A stretch of DNA of 64,000 nt from Stylophora pistillata (taxonomy: Eukaryota): positions 1 through 64,000 of the forward strand of contig NW_019217966.1 in NCBI RefSeq assembly GCF_002571385.2, in the 5' to 3' direction. Below the pieces are notes generated by a model. That model did no database searches, was not told the origin of the DNA, and saw only the letters and a program-made list of their open reading frames with translations. Position 1 is the first letter of the stretch. The number at the start of each line of letters is the position of its first letter. Of this stretch, positions 59,679-64,000 are shown one piece after another. The position numbers and the translations under genes are program-made.

Positions 59679-61300
59679 AATAATTCAAGGAGTGCTGTTA
59701 ATGACTTCCTATAGGATTGATGTCCATTATCACAATGTCTCAATGAAATGTAAAGTTTAGATGTTGGGAAATTCAACAATCTAAAAGTTTAGGAGAAAGA
59801 AACTCGCAAGTGGGAAAGAATGTAACCTTAGTGGTCAGGGTAGTGGTTGGCGTTCAAAAGTAACCAATATTCTTAACATTCTCTTTCAGTGAATTCAACC
59901 TTTTCCGACCAAGACAAGCCGTTTCACACTCCAGTTCACAATGTTGGTGACACATCATTTTCGCCGCATGACAGTCACAGCATATTTCCTTCCATAGCTG
60001 TTCTGTAGGCCAAGTCGAGAATAGAACAATATTCCCAAAACCATATTCACGGATGAGGAAACTTCCCAATAAGAGTTCAAAGAGGGGTATCAACCATGCC
60101 ACTAAGCTCGTCAAATTGATATAAAGATCTGCATAAAGATCATGAACGCTAAAGCGACGAAAAGAAAATTTGATTGTCAAGTAGTTTGATTAGCGCAAGA
60201 GAAAGAGAAGACACTTGAAATAAAATAAAAACAAGTTATAATACCTAAAGACTCTTTTTAAATCCTTTCCTGTTTTCGCTTCGAAAACGGTCCTCAGTAT
60301 CCTTTCCAGTGAGCCCTCACTTCAACGTACACTGAACCTTTTTACTTCCAAGATCTGAGAGTTTAATCCCCGTAATTTCCTTATCGGCTTTTCCTGAGAA
60401 CCCAGTGCCAAAATAGATCGATATTCCAGTCTGTCTGCCTGACAGTGAATTATTAGGAGAACTCAAATATTGCGCACTCCTGGGAGTTTGCTGAGGGTTA
60501 TTTTCAAATTTGAGAGGATGCTAGCACATTAACACCTTATCTCTCTACAAAAGAATTTCTTTATATTTCTAGGTCATGTTCTTAATTTCCATCAATGTTG
60601 GATTCGTGCGCTCTTCCTCAGCTCCTTCCAGCATATACTGAATTGCGCCTGCACAGGCTCCAAAACTCATGTCGTTTAACTTCTACGACTATAACAGTTG
60701 AAGAGGCGAGACCAAAGTCTTCATCCAGGGCAAAAGTATATCGCTATTTGTAATGAAAACACCGAGTTACTGAAGTAGGCAAACCGCGCATGGATTGTAC
60801 AGTATAAAGAAATGTCGCGTGGCCTCGTGCCCTACACGAAAATCCTCGCGCTTCACCAGGTCGTTTTCAAAATGAGAGACGCACATATCCGTATTAGTTA
60901 CTCAAAGCACAATTCAGCACCACTGATCTAATGCATACGTCGACGAAAAGTAACACAAACGCTTAGAGCGGAAAAGAGACCTTCTCCATAGTCATTACCG
61001 GAAGGTGCAGCCACTTGCTCATAGTCGGAAACTTGACTCACACTTGAAACGCGCCCTCAAACAAAACCAAACTCCAACTTATCCGCCACTAGTGTGTGAA
61101 ATGTATTTGTTAATAATCTTCCTCCAAAATAGCCTCATTTTAATTCAAAATACTTAACTTGTCATTTCAGTTTAAAATTTGGCTAAGAACTCGTTAAATT
61201 GTCAGTTTGGAGTACAAAGATATCGCCGGTCATTAATTTGCCACAAGCAGTTAAATAAAACTTTGATACAAAACCAGCATAGTTAGCGGGTAACCAATGT

Positions 61301-64000
61301 TTAGACTTCCATGGATGGATCAGACTCACGTCCCACTCTTTTCAATTTATCTTCTTGTTTCATTTTTGGCTCGGCTGTTTGCGTGTGCCACACGAGAATC
61401 TGTCAGAAAAAAAAAAACAAAAATTTAATCGAACAAAAATCCTCTGCAAGCGACTACAAATAAATCGGTATCTGGTCTTTTCGTCCAAGCGTCTTTTCGT
61501 CTAAGTCTTTTCTTCTAAATTCTTAGGTCCATTCGTCCAATTTCAAGTCTTTCGTCAAAGTTATAATATTTTTTTACATGAAGTTGTAACACGATATATT
61601 TTATTAAATAGTGACAAAAATAAAAACTTGCCGTTTAATTATTTCGCGCGAAAGAAATGGGACTATTAGGCTTGTTGTTAATCGTCGATTGGGCGTAATA
61701 GACAACTAAGGGTAACATCACTAAGTGTTCAACATAATCAACAACATAGTCCAACATGATAAAGAAATAAAACTAAGCCAAAAATGGTAAAGAAATAAAA
61801 CTAAGCCCAAAATAACCCCAAATAAGCATCTTCTCTGTGTATTTATCGTAATTAACGACGTTGAATTCGTAAACGAGGATTGGTGACTAAAGCTATCGGA
61901 ACCAAAATAGCAACGGTCCGCACTAATAAGTTCTTTAGATAGCCTTATATAGCCTTCTAAAAGCTACTTATTTGCTTCCAGAAAAGACTTAACAATTAGA
62001 TGAACAGACTTAGATGAAAAAAACTTTTGGACGAAGAGACTTGGACGAAAAGACCGTAATTCACGTAAATCACCTCCGAAAAACCAAAGAAATCAAGTTA
62101 CACTTGACGATGTGTGCATGTGTAAGGACTGAAAAAGGAGAGGATCTCTCAGAAACGCATTAAGTTAACCCCTTCTATGGTCCCCTTTGTAAACAAAAAA
62201 ATAGAGTTGTGCTGAAAAAAAAAATGTTTACGAATTTTGTAGTTACGATCATCGTGTAAAACAACAAGATGTTGTATAATTCAATTGACACCGTCCAGTT
62301 TCAGTCACCTACACTCTTCCACGGAATCTTAACCGTGTTCCGCTTGTTTTAATAACAGCTAATTTAGAGTTCTTAATTTTTCAAAAGAGGAAAGTGGGGC
62401 TTGTTAAGGTTAGCCATCAGTACTGAAGGGTAGGATTTACAAATAGAAGGTTTAGTGGAATGGTAAATGCAGGTGGTAAAGCAGGTAGCCTGAGTGGTCA
62501 GCATACCAACAGGAGGTGGGGGGGGGGGGGGAATTTGTACAAGTGCTGGCATTGGGGTCTGGTTGCAGATCCCTGTGTTGCCCTTTGTGCTCAAATAACC
62601 TACCTCCCACCCTTTGGAACACAGGCCATGCAGACTAGCTAAGAATCAGGGGTACAATCAGGGACATTAATAGTCTTACCTTAACAGAGCAAAATTTCTA
62701 ATAAATATTTCAACCAATCAGTGTCCAGTCTATCAAAATGATAATGATACTCAGTTAAGACCTCTTAAGTTGATACATGTCCATAAAAAATAACGTAAAT
62801 TAGTGATGTCTTAATTTAATGATAGTACCAGTTCTGAATCTTTATCTGACCCACAAGACTTAATTTACCTGTTTACAATTATTAGCCAATGGCTCAAACT
62901 CCTCCCTCTTTGCCAGTCTACCAACAACAGAAGACTCCAAATAGCCCCTCTTGGCCATTGGGTCCATTTCCACTTCAGGATTGTCTATAATCAGTTGGAC
63001 GTTAATAGCAAACCCTGCCATGTCAACAGGCATTGGGCGTCTTGGTTCCCACATTGTGTAAAATTTGACAACAGATCCATCTTTGCAGATTGGTCCTTCC
63101 CACTTTAACCCACCCACCAGGCCTACGGGCCAAACTGATATTTTCTTTGTGTATCGCATCTAGAAGACGTTGAAAAATTAAAACAGAACTGTCAGATTAC
63201 ATTCAATAAAATAGCTACTTTGGAGTGCACTAAAAATTAAAAACAATTTTTGTTTAAATGTAACTATATAACAATTACTAAAAATAAAAAGCAGAAATCA
63301 TGAAATGCTCTTTAGTTCCTTTTAAAAAGGAATTACAGGATAATAAACAGAGTAGAACAGTTAAAAGTTATGATTTGGATCTCTTCAGATAATTAATTCT
63401 ATATTCAAGTTGATCTAGGGGTCCTCTGACCAGCAGTGACTAATCCAACAGAAGAGATCTCCAACTAGTCATGATTCAGTGTCTGATGACCCTACATGCA
63501 CCTTGCACATTTGTGGAACTACTCGATATCAGTGGTGATACCAGTTACTTACATTAACTTGCTAACCACTCAAGAATTCATGATTTACTAAATTTAATTT
63601 TAGATGCAGTAGCAGATCCAGGGGGAGAGTCCAGGGAGTCTGGACCCCCCCTATCTGACCTGACACTTACAACTTTGAGACTGAAATTCTTACATTGACA
63701 GGATCATATATTACTTTTTAATGGGATCATAAATTATATTACTTTTTTAATGAATCCAAGTAAACGATAAATGGCCAAGAAATTATAATGTGCAACCACG
63801 ACTGGTGGGAGGGGGCGTGGGGGAGAAGTAATTTGCCTCAAGAGTCCAACAGTCCTTTCTGAACCAAAGTTTGGACCCCCTCCAATCAAAAATTCCTAGA
63901 TCCGCCCCTGAGATGTGGCTTACCTGTTCAAATATTCTCAAATCATAGGTGTTGTCATCATCTCCAAAATATAGAACACCTTTCATATCATCCTTAAAGT
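61301..64000 (-). CDS. B3GAT3: Galactosylgalactosylxylosylprotein 3-beta-glucuronosyltransferase (GT43; homologue of B3GAT1-3); exons 64000-63924, 63159-62869, 61399-61301
   Basis: [19 protein letters not shown]|[48 protein letters not shown]|[14 protein letters not shown]. All junctions are phase-0 GT-AG. Exact orthology within B3GAT1-3 is not resolvable by eye. Confidence 0.95.
61467..62062. mobile_element. Mutator/foldback-like non-autonomous element with subterminal tandem repeats
   Basis: ggtcttttcgtccaag repeats at the left end, cttggacgaaaagacc at the right. Imperfect 9-bp flanks aaataaatc / acgtaaatc. Confidence 0.6.
63607..63910. mobile_element. CAG..CTG MITE with apparent 5-bp TSD AGATG, in B3GAT intron
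   Basis: agatg|cagtagcagatccaggg .. cctagatccgcccctg|agatg. Confidence 0.7.

Overview
Eukaryotic, AT-rich (gapped) genomic DNA with spliceosomal introns. The repeat and gene content point to an anthozoan, most likely a stony coral (inference). Host genes: a large progranulin exon with at least 5 granulin modules (1-1152, minus); a convergent pair of rhodopsin-class neuropeptide-receptor-like GPCRs (30.2-31.2 kb plus, 36.5-37.6 kb minus) with decayed GPCR remnants upstream; a spliced secreted ShKT+VWA gene (53.4-59.1+ kb plus); and the 3' exons of a GT43 glucuronosyltransferase (B3GAT; 61.3-64 kb minus). Mobile DNA: an intact-ORF Sola2-type transposase, an ISL2EU-type element (DDE transposase plus a convergent SAP-SWIM-YqaJ gene), a PIF/Harbinger deletion derivative with TTA TSD, several MITEs with readable TSDs, Deu/Nin- and V-type SINEs, and CR1/L2, R4-like and Penelope fragments. 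Most unusual structures: (i) a 247-bp tRNA-containing, structured repeat inserted as tandem plus inverted copies inside a ~12-bp TSD; (ii) a 14-29 kb higher-order array of ~300-bp degenerate units co-duplicated with GPCR 5' ends, where the intact GPCR may take its ATG exon from a dead paralogue; (iii) a Pins/GPSM2 TPR fragment fused to a Penelope RT fragment; (iv) an unannotated spliced gene just downstream of the Sola2 transposase. All calls are by eye; no searches were run.
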